Source: Nitrospirota bacterium
Lineage (GTDB): Bacteria > Nitrospirota > UBA9217
DNA length: 64,000 nucleotides
Reading direction: 5' to 3'
Assembly: GCA_963845065.1 (NCBI GenBank)
Contig: CAWJQQ010000009.1
Location: 832,001-896,000 of the forward strand
The notes beneath the pieces are model-generated. The model worked only from the letters and a program-made list of their open reading frames with translations, was not told the DNA's origin and ran no database searches. Numbering within the stretch: the stretch's first letter is position 1; each line of letters opens with the position of its first letter. The position numbers and the translations under genes are program-made. Shown one piece after another: positions 1 through 11,177 of this stretch.

Positions 1-459
1 CGGAAATATCGATTAGTTGCCACACGTCTTATCATTTTTCTGAGGCAACAGGACTTTACGAGCAGCGGCGTCGAAATTAAATTGAGCAAGCCGAGTGCCT
101 ACCCAATCGAGTTATTTGAACTATTGCGAAAAGGATTCCAGCAAATCTTTAACGCCAAAGCCTTGTATCGTCAGACGGGCGTGGTGCTATCGGGGATGGT
201 AGCAGAGAACGGAATACAGTACACATTGTTTGATGATATTACAAAAATTGAGAAAATGTCGAAAATATATGCAAGCATTGACAGGATTTCTGAAAAGTAT
301 GGGAAACATACTATTCAACATGGTGCAAGTTTACCTACGAAATTGCAGGCGCAGCATGAAGGGGAACGCGGAGATGTGCCTCAACGAAAAAACGCACTGT
401 TTAATGGGGAGAATAAGCGGCAGAGACTTGGGTTGCCGTTATTGCATATAAAAGTTTGA
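1..459 (+). CDS. Y-family DNA polymerase (UmuC/DinB-like), C-terminal part, truncated by the window edge
   Basis: Frame is open from base 1 (RKYRLVATRLIIFLRQQDF...YRQTGVVLSG...QYTLFD...SIDRISEKYGKHTI), matching the little-finger/C-terminal region of UmuC-like polymerases. Confidence 0.8.
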   Translation, partial: RKYRLVATRLIIFLRQQDFTSSGVEIKLSKPSAYPIELFELLRKGFQQIFNAKALYRQTGVVLSGMVAENGIQYTLFDDITKIEKMSKIYASIDRISEKYGKHTIQHGASLPTKLQAQHEGERGDVPQRKNALFNGENKRQRLGLPLLHIKV

Positions 460-579
460 CCGATGTTTCTCCTTAAGGAAACGGCGCAGAAACTACACAT
501 GATTTAGCGGTGGGAGTACTTGAAAGTGCTGGGATAACTCGGCATATAAACAGAATCAGAATGAGTTTTGTTTTCACAG

Positions 580-798
580 TCATTTCCTTGCAATCAAGAG
601 TCGCACTAGTCTACCTAAAATAGTTATCCCTAATATAATGCCTAAAAATATTGCAAGTAAGATAGCAAGAACAAGCGTCAACTTAAAGATTAGAAACAAG
701 AGTGGAATTAAAATTATGCATAGTATTATCGTCAGGCAGCCTGTAGTAAAATCTTTTGCTTCTAACGTAGAGTAGTTCTTTCGGCGTTTCTTCTTCAA
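580..798 (-). CDS. Small hypothetical membrane protein
   Basis: Basic N-terminus followed by two hydrophobic segments; TTG start. Confidence 0.45.
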   Translation of the reverse strand: MKKKRRKNYSTLEAKDFTTGCLTIILCIILIPLLFLIFKLTLVLAILLAIFLGIILGITILGRLVRLLIARK

Positions 799-1326
799 GT
801 GTAGTATAACAGAAATCGGCCGTTGAAGAAAGGGGTTGCTAACAGCTCATAATTCCAGTATTGTTTAATGACTAACCCGATCTTTTATACTTCTACTGCC
901 TGTACGGTCCATCCCCTGGTCGACGCCAACATGTGACAAGGAGAAATATTTTGCTTTCCACGCTGTAACGTCAAAGAGCATGCTGATGAGTACGCCGTGG
1001 ATACTATCGGTAATTACCTTTTGTTGCGCCCCAACTCGGTGCAGCAAGTGACACTGCGTCTTCCAAAGGGTCATCTAGCAGCGCAGGTATCCGCACGAAA
1101 CTGCCTTATCGAAAGCCCCAACCAATAGATTTTTTTTTGGTTGCGGGAGCATTCACACGAGCAAAGCAAAAACATCAGATGACGTTATAGAGCAAGCATC
1201 GGAAAAGATTCTTGTCGTGGCCGAAAAGATAGTAGTCGATTCGGTTGTAGGTGGGTTAGGAGAAATTTGATCAATGCATTTTACAGAAGCCTTGGACAGG
1301 CGAATATCTTGCAAATTTAAGATCGA

Positions 1327-2064
1327 ATGGTACCTAGTGAGGCTTGTATGACTTTAAAATTAAATAGCAGTTTACTAATGGGTTCTGCAGTCCACAAACA
1401 TCTAATTACGCTCCTCTGCTTGCTAATTATTGCCCACGTGGCCATAGCGCAGGATTCAGTTTCTACCAACACGCAGGGAGTGGCCGTGCCGGGGAATCCA
1501 GGCAGGTCGCTCGAACTGGGCACTAGTCAACTAGGGATTTGGGCGGGATATTCTTCGGGCAATCCCACGCTGGTTGGACGAACTATCAACCGCCCTTTCT
1601 CTGAATATGTCGTACAATATGCACGCGTACTAAAAACGGAAGATAACTGGGCGCTGAAATACACCGCTGAAATCGTTCCTGTGGCATTCATCAAAAAGCC
1701 TCAGCAAGGTTCAGTGAACGGCCATCCGGTAGATTTGTCCGGTAGCAGACAGACTATCTATGGCGCCGGCTTTTCTCCAGTCGGGTTACAGCTGAACCTT
1801 CGACGAGGATGCATGTTGCAACCTTACGTCAATGGGACAGCCGGAGTCCTATATTTCGAAGATCAAGTGCCTGTGGCAGATTCTTCGAAATTCAACTTTG
1901 AATTAGGGTTAGGTGCTGGGATCGAGATCTGGTATCAAGAGGATCAGTCTATTTGCCTCGGTTACAAGTATCATCACATTTCAAATGGGTACACCGCCCG
2001 ACAGAACCCAGGTGTGGATTCGAATCTGTTTTACGTGGGATATGCATGGAGTTGGAGGCAGTAA
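1327..2064 (+). CDS. Acyloxyacyl hydrolase / lipid A 3-O-deacylase (PagL-like) outer-membrane beta-barrel
   Basis: Signal-peptide-like segment ending AHVAIA-QD; catalytic-type motif YKYHHISNG...NPGVDS; aromatic C-terminal strand; true start may be a downstream ATG. Confidence 0.8.
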   Translation: MVPSEACMTLKLNSSLLMGSAVHKHLITLLCLLIIAHVAIAQDSVSTNTQGVAVPGNPGRSLELGTSQLGIWAGYSSGNPTLVGRTINRPFSEYVVQYARVLKTEDNWALKYTAEIVPVAFIKKPQQGSVNGHPVDLSGSRQTIYGAGFSPVGLQLNLRRGCMLQPYVNGTAGVLYFEDQVPVADSSKFNFELGLGAGIEIWYQEDQSICLGYKYHHISNGYTARQNPGVDSNLFYVGYAWSWRQ

Positions 2065-2600
2065 GTCATCGCGCCACATTTTAGGTGAACTTTTGGCTAT
2101 TATTAGGAACTATATTTGCGTTGGCATTCAAATGGCGTCGTAGTTATTACGAGCTTACTCTTCTTTCAAGAGGTAGTCTGTAACTGTTTCGATTCGACGG
2201 GGATATACTCATAGCTATTTGGCATGCTGTTTGTGTTTGATTGTCACCTTGCTCCTCACAGAGGTATTTATTCGGATTGAGGAGGAGAATATTGAATATC
2301 TATTGTACTTTGTTGGGCCATGTCCCTGCTGAAGTTGTATAATGATCACTCCTTGAAATTCGAAAAATTATTTTTAATTCGTTGGCGTTTGCCCTGTAAA
2401 TTCCAATTTGACTACGTTGACATAGAATGAAATCAGGTATATATTCCACACAATATTGTGAATTGTGTGAAATGTTCTGTGCCAAACTAAATAAATTCAT
2501 ATTGATTCTTGGCTTTCAAACTTGGTTAAAATGCCCAAACCGGAGTGGAACGCCAATTCGCTGATAATGTTCAGCAGTCACGAAGAATAGGAGACGAGCA

Positions 2601-3044
2601 ATGTCAGCATTTGAATGTTTCAACAGAAAAAGTCTTGAAACCTTGTTGCCGCATAGAGGAGCCGCACTCAGGAAAATCGACGGGGTGTTTTACAATTCCG
2701 GCGTTCCTAACTTGCTGATCGGGCTCAAAGAGATCTGGATGGATGATCCAGATTTGGAAGGTCATTTCCCACAAGCGCCTACTTACCCAGGATACGCGCA
2801 AGATGAATTTGTGTGCCTTGTAGCTGCTGCACTCATACCGATCGCGATTCAAGGATTGAAGACGGATCCTCATGTTGTTCAGAAGATCGTTAGATATAAA
2901 AAGAACGTCGTCCCCGGTGACCAGCTTATTGCCGAAGTCAGACTAAACGGAAAGCGTGGCAAGTTCTTCATGTTCGCTGCCGATATTAGAAATCAGAACC
3001 AAGAGGTTGTTGCTGAATATGAGAAAATTATCGGTACAGTTTAA
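2601..3044 (+). CDS. FabA/FabZ-like hot-dog-fold dehydratase
   Basis: LLPHR, GHFPxxPxxPG...E and VVPGDQL motifs; RBS AGGAGA. Confidence 0.8.
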   Translation: MSAFECFNRKSLETLLPHRGAALRKIDGVFYNSGVPNLLIGLKEIWMDDPDLEGHFPQAPTYPGYAQDEFVCLVAAALIPIAIQGLKTDPHVVQKIVRYKKNVVPGDQLIAEVRLNGKRGKFFMFAADIRNQNQEVVAEYEKIIGTV

Positions 3045-3167
3045 ACGTAAAGCAAAATTGCTATTTGGGAGCATGGATTATAATTTCCCCATCCAATCCG
3101 GCAAATTTGCCAGTGATTTCGGAGAATCCTTCCATGGAGGATCGCTTATTCAGGTGCCAATAATCCG

Positions 3168-3196
3168 TTGACATACAGTGCGAAGAAGCTTAAGAT
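3168..3196 (+). promoter_or_regulatory. Sigma70-type promoter of tatA
   Basis: TTGACA (3168-3173), 17 bp, TAAGAT (3191-3196). Confidence 0.6.
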
Positions 3197-3279
3197 ATAT
3201 ACAATATTTCTTTAATTAAACTTAACCATTCTTGAAAAATATTTTGACGATCAAGAAAGGACACAAGGGGGTAGTTACT

Positions 3280-3480
3280 ATGTTTGAAGGACTTTTTAAG
3301 CCGATGCATTTGCTCCTGATACTTTTTATTGTTCTCATCATATTTGGCCCTGGGAAACTGCCGGAAATTGGAGAAGGCCTTGGGAAAAGTATAAAGTCAT
3401 TTAAGAAAGCCCTATCCCAGAAAGACGATCCAAAAGACACTTCCGATTCTATAGAACAAAAAGATGAGAATAAGAAATAA
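3280..3480 (+). CDS. tatA: Twin-arginine translocase TatA/TatE subunit
   Basis: [36 protein letters not shown], the TatA transmembrane-hinge-amphipathic signature. Confidence 0.93.
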   Translation: MFEGLFKPMHLLLILFIVLIIFGPGKLPEIGEGLGKSIKSFKKALSQKDDPKDTSDSIEQKDENKK

Positions 3481-3636
3481 TTAAAATAATTTTTCACAAA
3501 GCCCTCATATCGCATCCCGTATGACCACTGTGAAGCATTTCATCCCAATGTGCCCCTACTATTACATCCTGGACATTATACGTCCTAATACCTTTGCTTC
3601 AATGCAATATAAAATGAAATTTAAATTTTAAGCAGA

Positions 3637-3965
3637 GTGAATCATCACTTACTCGATCTACTTATCTGCTTTGTTGAGACTAATCGTTCATGGGGATATT
3701 GACTACTTTGTGTATCAATGATCTTTGTCGGAGAGCTTTTTGACAGCTGTCGGCATAATGGCACGGCTACACTTGTTCGACTTTTTGGACTCTTTTCCTT
3801 TGCACCATCAGGAGTGCTGCTTGGTGATGTTGTTTAGTATTGTATCGGGAGAAAGCTTGAATCTAAATTTTTCTATCACTGTATTACGACATTCATGATG
3901 CAGCGCGTCAGGAAGCATCTGCCGAATACTGAAAGCGATCCTTTTCGTGTGTTTTTTTCGTCTAG
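3637..3965 (+). pseudogene. Decayed DedA-family membrane protein
   Basis: Manual translation gives ...WGY*LLCVSMIFVGELF/LTAVGIMARLHLFDF/...GVLLGDVV*YCIGRKL...PFRVFFSSR, with two stops and frameshifts; truncated at the tnpB remnant. Confidence 0.55.
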
Positions 3966-4347
3966 AAGCCCCTCTCGCAGCGGCAACACGTTTGCGCATG
4001 TGGTGTGGATGCGCAGCGCGATCTGTATTCCGCATTTCTCGCAAAGTACGTTTCGAACGATGTCCTCAACACGCGCCAGGCTCTAGTAACCTGGCCGGGT
4101 GCAAACCTGCTCCTGGAACGGGCGGTGCTGAGGGTGCAGCAAGAAGCGGCGATGGGTCGGATTCATCCGGCCAGCTTCGGTCTCGCGCGAGCAACGAAGG
4201 TAAGTACAAGCGCAGACCGGAGACAGAGCAGCTCGCCGGTCAAAGATGGATCAACGGCAGTCGAGGCTGGCAATGTTTGCGTTGTTGCCAGAGAGACTGT
4301 CGGTATTGCCGTCAGAACCCCCTAGTTTTAACTATGGGGAGTGGTCA
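3966..4347 (+). mobile_element. tnpB: 3' remnant of an IS200/IS605-family element: tnpB C-terminus plus right end
   Basis: KPLSQRQHVCACGVDAQRDLYSAFLAKY (second half of the Zn finger plus RuvC-III) in frame from 3966 to stop at 4325; then right-end hairpin GAACCCCCTAGTTTTAACTATGGGGAGTGGTCA. Confidence 0.7.
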
Positions 4348-5238
4348 GAGTTATGCGTTGCCAAGTTTTCTTCCACTTCCTTATCGTTGGCGGAACTACG
4401 CAGAAGTATAATCTTTTGAAATATAAGGATATTATAGCGAAGATCTCGCAGTTGATTACTACTTTGAAATCAGGCATAATAACTCCAGTAGTGATTTCAA
4501 ATCATTTCGGTGAGATAGGACGTGAATATTCAGGACATTGTCAGATTTACAGAATAATTGGTTATGTTTGAAAAGCTTAACAAAATGGATATGTCAGGAC
4601 CATCCAAATAGTCGAGGGGATTAGTGGTCACACTGCGACGTAAGGCGTTTGCATCATATGAATTGCTTTTAGCGTAAAGAATGTGTGAAAGCAGTTTCTT
4701 ATCCTTCTATGCCGTATAACCTTGTCTCTTCAGGAGGAAATCAAAGAAGCTTAGATTATCCGTCTATTTATTGTAATTTAAACCTGCTCGATTTATTATA
4801 CTGATGCTTACTATGAGCGGTTAATCAACAATTTGAATACTTAATGAATTTTCACGGGTTTAAAACCCACAGTTTCAGTTTAAGTAGAGACGATTAAGCC
4901 CCCCGCTATGCTCCGGATAGTTTGCCGCCCTTAAAAAAGAGGCTTTCTGACAAGGGTGATAAAGGAATTTTCTTTATAACGAACAAGAGTAAAAGTCGCG
5001 AGATACGATCGATGAAACTAAAAATATCCGATATTAATCTCACCATGACAAACGTCAGGCAGTCGGGATAACCTCATAAGATTGCCGAAGTCCATCGATA
5101 AGAGCAAAAAGTAAAATTTGACAAATTCAAGGACTTAAAGGTATCTTGAACCAAGAAAATAGCAGGTTTTGGGTAATCATAAGTTCTCCAGGCGTAAGCC
5201 AACTCGCACAGCTTAATAAACCAAGGAGGAATAGAGTA

Positions 5239-7398
5239 ATGAATGGTATAAGGCAGTGGACGAGAAAATTTGTGGTACTCGCCATATCCGCATTAATACT
5301 GGCGAGCTGCAGCCGAGGTGGTAGTGACAACTCAAGCAGTAGCAGCTCATCGAGCAGCTCATCCAGCAGCTCGTCTTCAGGGAATAATCCTAACCTTATG
5401 GGCGGGGCCGTGCAGGGCAGTGTGCTCAGCCTTGCAGAAAATGTTTCCACCTTTGCTGGCGTGGCCCCTGGTTCCATCAACGGAATTGGTGTTGCCGCGA
5501 GATTTAATAATCCCTATGGCATCACTACGGATGGCACGAACCTATACGTGGCGGATACTGCGAATAATACCATCCGTCAGATTGTGATCGCAACAGGGCT
5601 AGCGACCACACTTGCAGGCGCAGTGGGAGTACCGGGTTTCACAGATGGTACGGGCAATACGGCGAACTTTAGTGGACCCACTGGAATCACCACCGATGGT
5701 CCAAACCTCTACGTGGCTGATACGAATAACAATACTATCCGGAAGATCGTGATCGCAACAGGGCAAGTGATAACGCTTGCAGGTACAGCGGGCGTTTCAG
5801 GCTCCACAGATGGCATTGGCTCTGCCGCGAGTTTTGCCACGCCTCATGGTATTACTACGGACGGCACAAACCTCTACGTGGTGGATAGCGGGAACTATAC
5901 CATCCGGATGATCGTGATAGCGACAGGGCAAGTGACAACATTTGCAGGAACGGCAGGGGCACTGGGATCCACGGACAGCCAGGGCACGTCGGCGCGATTT
6001 AATTATCCTACGGGCATCACCATGAGCAATACAAGTCTCTACGTGGCGGATACTGCGAATAATACCATCCGTCAGATTGTGATCGCAAGCGGGCAAGTGA
6101 CCACTTTTGCGGGCACGGCGGGAGTTTTAGGCTCCACAGACGGTATAGGCGTAGCTGCGAGATTTACAGTGCCGAGTGGCATCACAACTGATAACACAAA
6201 CCTCTACGTAACGGATACGAATAACAATACTATCCGTCAGATTGTGATTGCAACCGGGCAAGTGACCACTCTTGCAGGCACAGCAGGAATATCGGGCTTC
6301 ATAGACAGCACAGGCGCTGCTGCGAGATTTAATTCACCTCATGGCATCATTACGTATGGCTCAAACCTCTACGTGGTGGATACGAGTAACAATTCAATCA
6401 GGGAGGTCGTGATCTTAACTGGGCAAGTGACCACGTTTGCAGGAACAGCGAGTATGGGCTCCGCAGACGGCACGGGTGCTGCGGCGAGTTTTAATTCGCC
6501 CCATTGCATCACTACTGACGGCACAAACCTCTATGTGGTGGATAGTAGGAACAATACCATTCGGAAAATTGTGATCGGAACAGGGCAAGTGAACACGCTT
6601 GCAGGCACAGCAGGAGCACCGGGCTCCTCAGACGGAATCGGAGCTGCGGCGAGCTTTAATGATCCATTTGGCATCACTACCGACGGCACAAGCCTCTATG
6701 TAGCAGATACGAATAACAGTACTATTCGGCAGATCGTGATTGCAACCGGTAAAGTGACCACACTTGCAGGCATAGCAGGAGCTTTTGGTTCCACAGACGG
6801 TATAGGCTCATCGGCAAGTTTTGCGGTGCCCAGTGGCATCACCACCGACGGCACAAGCCTCTATGTAGCAGATACGAATAACAGTACTATTCGGAAGATC
6901 GTGATCGCAACCGAGCTAGTGACCACCCTTGCGGGCACAGCAGGAGTACCGGGCTTCATAGATGGCACAGGCGCTGCAGCGAGACTTGCTAATCCCACAG
7001 GTATCACTACGGACGGAGCTAATCTCTACGTGGCGGATAGTGGGAACAATGCCATTCGGAAAATCGTAATCGCAACAGGTCAAGTGACCACGCTTGCAGG
7101 AACAGCGAGTATGGGATCCAGAGACGGCATAGGCACTGCTGCGGGTTTTGCAGAACCATTTGGTATTACTACGGACGGAACAAATCTCTACGTGGCAGAT
7201 AGTGAGAACTATACCATCCGGAAAATCGTAATCGCAACAAGTCAGGTGACCACGCTTGCTGGAACAGCTGGAGTCTCAGGCTCTACAGATGGCACAGGCG
7301 CTGCTGCAAAATTTAATTACCCCGCTGGCATAACGACGGACGGCATAAACCTCTATGCGGCAGATGCATTTAATAATACGATAAGACGGATACAATAA
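5239..7398 (+). CDS. NHL-repeat beta-propeller lipoprotein
   Basis: RBS AGGAGGA; lipobox LILAS-C; poly-Ser linker; 12 repeats of GITTDGTNLYVAD..NNTIR.IVIATGQVTT.AG. Confidence 0.88.
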   Translation: MNGIRQWTRKFVVLAISALILASCSRGGSDNSSSSSSSSSSSSSSSSGNNPNLMGGAVQGSVLSLAENVSTFAGVAPGSINGIGVAARFNNPYGITTDGTNLYVADTANNTIRQIVIATGLATTLAGAVGVPGFTDGTGNTANFSGPTGITTDGPNLYVADTNNNTIRKIVIATGQVITLAGTAGVSGSTDGIGSAASFATPHGITTDGTNLYVVDSGNYTIRMIVIATGQVTTFAGTAGALGSTDSQGTSARFNYPTGITMSNTSLYVADTANNTIRQIVIASGQVTTFAGTAGVLGSTDGIGVAARFTVPSGITTDNTNLYVTDTNNNTIRQIVIATGQVTTLAGTAGISGFIDSTGAAARFNSPHGIITYGSNLYVVDTSNNSIREVVILTGQVTTFAGTASMGSADGTGAAASFNSPHCITTDGTNLYVVDSRNNTIRKIVIGTGQVNTLAGTAGAPGSSDGIGAAASFNDPFGITTDGTSLYVADTNNSTIRQIVIATGKVTTLAGIAGAFGSTDGIGSSASFAVPSGITTDGTSLYVADTNNSTIRKIVIATELVTTLAGTAGVPGFIDGTGAAARLANPTGITTDGANLYVADSGNNAIRKIVIATGQVTTLAGTASMGSRDGIGTAAGFAEPFGITTDGTNLYVADSENYTIRKIVIATSQVTTLAGTAGVSGSTDGTGAAAKFNYPAGITTDGINLYAADAFNNTIRRIQ

Positions 7399-7480
7399 TT
7401 GATGATATAAGCAGAAGTACCATCGCAACTTAACTGGATAAAAAAAGTTCTTGATAGAATACAGTCTTGTGTTATATGGT

Positions 7481-7513
7481 AGACGAGCAGCCGGTTGCTG
7501 CCCGTCTTTTTTT
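7481..7513 (+). terminator. Rho-independent terminator
   Basis: AGACGAGCAGC-CGGTT-GCTGCCCGTCT hairpin followed by a T run. Confidence 0.7.
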
Positions 7514-8186
7514 ATCACTCTTGCCAAAAACACCCCATCCAAACGGTGTATTGATTGTGGGATAAATTGGTTGGCTTTAAATTCCCCCATTATTTGACAA
7601 AGTGAACAAAAGTGTAATATATTATATGGCATTAATTTCCAACATTCATGTCATAACAACAACTTCAGCCTAAAAACCTGACTGTCTATAATAGAGCAAT
7701 ACCAGGCTACCTAATGGCATGTCTTACGGCAAGGGACTAAAAAACATATAGCGTCGCTTGATTCCTACCGGGAAAACAATACTGAATCAACACATGTTGC
7801 CCTCCGGTAAACTCCATGATGTGTTTGTCATCCGGAAGAAGTTTCTCGCTGGGCCAATGTTTTTGTCGATGACGTATTCCTGGCGGAGCCGCTAATAAGC
7901 ACGAGAACGAGTAAAGAGATATTCTTCATCCTACCTCACAAACCTGACAGAATGTAGACTGCTTAATACGGGCTAAACATCTGAAGTCTACGTTGGATTT
8001 TCACCCCCTTGAATCAGATAGTCGAGTCCTTGCTAACCGGGAGCAAAAGATCTAGCCAAACTTTCTTACAGAGTAGAAATGCTTAACAAACTTAGCATGA
8101 ACCGCTGTATGCCGAACGACATCTCTTGTGGTATGAGAGGGAGGGGCGTGAGTCTCACGCCAACTTGATTCGGGTACCAGCAGAAG

Positions 8187-8525
8187 TTATCTGCCGTATA
8201 TGTGCACAACGTCCATCTGCCACAGACCGAAGACCGCGCTCCAACTTTCAATATCGGCAAAATAGACTGTCTTGAGGCCGTGCTCCTTGGCAACTTGGCC
8301 GATGCCGTTTTTGCCTATGCGAACCGAGAAAACCTGATACTGAATCTGGTTAACGTATCCGCGCGCCTGTTTCATGCTGTTTCTGACTTCGGTGGGATTC
8401 GGATTTATAGTAAGCGGTTGCACGATATGCGAGTAGAGTCCGCTATTGAACAATACTCCGTTTGCACATCCAGCAAGGATCAGAGACAGCGATAGGAGGA
8501 CAATTTTTCGACTGATAGTTTTCAT
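8187..8525 (-). CDS. TRL-like family lipoprotein
   Basis: Lipobox LAG-C; GIGQVAKEHGLKTVYFAD...VHIYG; paralogous layout to the upstream gene. Confidence 0.7.
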   Translation of the reverse strand: MKTISRKIVLLSLSLILAGCANGVLFNSGLYSHIVQPLTINPNPTEVRNSMKQARGYVNQIQYQVFSVRIGKNGIGQVAKEHGLKTVYFADIESWSAVFGLWQMDVVHIYGR

Positions 8526-8537
8526 TCGGCACCTTCA

Positions 8538-8834
8538 TCAGTCGCCGTAGACGATTGTTGTAGTATGTGTATAGATACCGAACAAAATACTGAATACTGC
8601 CCTGTCCATGTGCGTCATGACCGTGATCCCACCGTTCTTCGCGGCAGAGGCGGCGCCGCCGTTACCCCAGGCAAATAACCATATGGCCGAGTAAGTCGAG
8701 GACTCACCTTGTTTATGACCCAATTCCGTATTGTTGAGCTCGGTGCTTAAAGGGATAGTAATGTGAGTATAAAGACACCCTGCCAAGGTGAAAGCTGCGA
8801 GAATGAAGATAATCAGCAAAGCTATGGTTTTCAT
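8538..8834 (-). CDS. TRL-like family lipoprotein
   Basis: RBS GGAGG; lipobox LAG-C; AWGNGGAASAAKNGGIT...D...SILFGIY..TTTIVYGD. Confidence 0.8.
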   Translation of the reverse strand: MKTIALLIIFILAAFTLAGCLYTHITIPLSTELNNTELGHKQGESSTYSAIWLFAWGNGGAASAAKNGGITVMTHMDRAVFSILFGIYTHTTTIVYGD

Positions 8835-9311
8835 CTTAACCTCCATGCACCCTGGTGTGCAGGGCCTTTTTCTAAAGTATAGCACGATAAGGATGCCGCA
8901 TATGATACAAGCATCAAACTCTAGAAGATGGCGCTCTAAAGCGCGATTCCCTGAAAAGTCAATACTGATCGGCGGACTCCTGTGGTCAGTGTAGATGCGT
9001 GATATTCCGAGTAATTAGGATCATCCAGCGTTTATATGGGTTGGCTGTTGCACCCGTTTCGGATGTTGGTGACGTTGCTTTTGTTGCTGTAATCAGGATA
9101 TATATTATGTACCTGAAGAACATCCTTAAAATATCCCATCGCTGTCGATGATTAATAGACCGATGCGAGCGGAAGGCATACCGAGGAATGGATTTATGAG
9201 TATTTTGTGTTTGGTCTTGAAATGCATGCATTAAACACCTTTAACTTTTCCTTCAATCCAGCGCTTGAAGCGGTGCATTTTCTCGTCGCTGATGCATATT
9301 TTACATGGGTA

Positions 9312-10190
9312 TTACAACCTCCTCATTCCCTCCGGTTTCAGAAATAATGTATTTCCATCCCGCACGAACGTCCTGATTATTTCAACAGCCTTGTCGCGCT
9401 CCAAGGGCATGCGAACCCGGACGGGAAGATAGTTTGAAGCATGATTCGCGAAGAAAAGACCGCGAGTCATCTCGGTGTGCGCAAGCATCTCAGCGAGTTC
9501 TGCGAGGATATCAAAGGCGGAGGGAAGCGTGAACTTGCCCTGCTGCTGCAGATCATACAGCGGTGTTCCTTTCACGACCATTGTCGTGAGGGCGCCCACA
9601 AAATCGGGGTCAAGGGAGGAAAGTAGCTTTCCGGTCAACCGGGCATGTTCCATGCTTCTGTCGGCCCCACTGATACCGAGCAGGACCGTGACAGAGAGCT
9701 TGATGCCTGCAATGCTCACGCGTCGGCCAGCCTCGGTTATTTCTGCAGCCGTCACACCCTTATTCATCCATTCGAGCAGTTTGTTGTCCCCGCTCTCAAC
9801 GCCTAGGTAGAGAATACCGAGCCCAGCCTCCCGGAGCTGCTTCAGTTCCTCTACAGATTTTCCCAAAATGTTTTTTGCATTTGCGTACATGCCGATCCGC
9901 TGGAGCCTGGGCAACGAGGAACGCAGGAGCAAGAAGAGAGAGAGCAAGTCAGAAAAGGGGGCAGTGAGTGCGTCACCGTCCGCAATGAATATCCGCCGCG
10001 TATCAGCATAGGCCGGCAGGCAGCCGCGGATGTCCTGCTCCATCTCTGCGAGGCTGCGGATGTGAAAACGTTTCTGTTTGTACGCTGGACAGAATATGCA
10101 CTGGTTATGGGAACACCCGATGGTGTACTGGAGGATCAGACTGCTGGCCTCGCTAGGAGGTCTTATGACAACGCCTTCATATTCGGGCAT
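9312..10190 (-). CDS. Radical SAM protein of unknown function
   Basis: IRPPSEA...GCSHNQCIFC (CxxxCxxC), ADGDAL, YLGVESG and NHASNY motifs. Confidence 0.88.
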   Translation of the reverse strand: MPEYEGVVIRPPSEASSLILQYTIGCSHNQCIFCPAYKQKRFHIRSLAEMEQDIRGCLPAYADTRRIFIADGDALTAPFSDLLSLFLLLRSSLPRLQRIGMYANAKNILGKSVEELKQLREAGLGILYLGVESGDNKLLEWMNKGVTAAEITEAGRRVSIAGIKLSVTVLLGISGADRSMEHARLTGKLLSSLDPDFVGALTTMVVKGTPLYDLQQQGKFTLPSAFDILAELAEMLAHTEMTRGLFFANHASNYLPVRVRMPLERDKAVEIIRTFVRDGNTLFLKPEGMRRL

Positions 10191-11021
10191 GTAATCTCTC
10201 TCTAAACCGAATCAAGCTTACCGCAAAGCCGTTGGGGATGCAATGGAAATCGTGAGTGAACATTTTGAATGCGGATTAGAAGAACAGGTCATGGTATCAA
10301 GAGTACAATTTGAGATTCTAACGTACCTGTCGTCAAAATATTCAATCTGTCTGTTTACACGGGGTCGGTCGCGATTAGGCTTGAAAATTGTCATTTCGAC
10401 AACTTCCCTGATACCTACTTCATTTCGCAGAAGATTATTCTAATTTCGCGGGCCTCGGTAACCTTGCCCTATGTTACCGCGTATCCTTCTGACGAAGGAA
10501 ATCCTGAATGTTTGCGAGTCCCCTTCGCGATCATCGATCCTGCTTGTAATGTTATTACCGTCCTGTTATTGTCCTGCTAAAGAAAGACGCGTTTGTGCAT
10601 GACCTAACTCCTTGATTTAATTAGATGGGGAGAGGGGGACAGTAAATCTCCTTGGGGTGGCAGATCACAAGGATTTTATCTTTCCGATCGTATGATCCGG
10701 AGGGGGGTGAGTTTGCATATTTCTCAATGAGAAGTGGGTCGCTAACCGATCTCGATCTTTTCCATTATGACGGCACGACTAGCATCGGAGTTTCCATAGA
10801 AACATATGTTGTGGAATTGCTTCGTCGACAGACAGAGCAACAATCAACAGCACGCCAAGGGTACTTCAATTTATTAAAATTTTGCGCTAGAAGCCCAACA
10901 TGCTTTAGCGGTGAGAGTACGTCAAAATCATCCCCCTCCTAACTCTCCCTGAACGGGGGAGAGAAGCAAGATTACGCACGCAACTATGGGCTACCCACTT
11001 GGCTTTCCGCTTCATTTAGAT

Positions 11022-11051
11022 AAAAAATGGGCTTCCAAGGGGGAAGCCCAT
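11022..11051 (-). terminator. Rho-independent terminator of the large lipoprotein gene
   Basis: ATGGGCTTCC-AAGGG-GGAAGCCCAT perfect stem, followed by a T run on the minus strand. Confidence 0.75.
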
Positions 11052-11177
11052 GTAATCTCGATAAAAAAACAATTGGGGTTAAAGGTCGTCAAAATTGTTT
11101 CATTCTGTCCTCCAGCCACGCATCGCATGTTGGAAACGGGGAATTGTGTAGCGCTGTCGGCAACAAGTTCACCCTCG

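Noticed and set aside
2191..2202. GATTCGACGGGG resembling the tmRNA 5' motif
   Set aside because: No GGGG acceptor stem upstream and no T-arm/CCA 3' end found; probably chance
4896..4925. AAGCCCCCCGCTATGCTCCGGATAG as an IS200-like end
   Set aside because: Only loosely similar to the end at about 24828, with no associated tnpA sequence
5480..7390. Regularly spaced DNA repeats here and at 11200-12900 as a CRISPR array or DGR
   Set aside because: The repeats are in-frame coding blades with synonymous variation; no unique spacers, cas genes or reverse transcriptase
10929..10966. CCCCTCCTAACTCTCCC-TGAAC-GGGGGAGAG REP-like palindrome
   Set aside because: Single copy in the window, so a repeat family cannot be established
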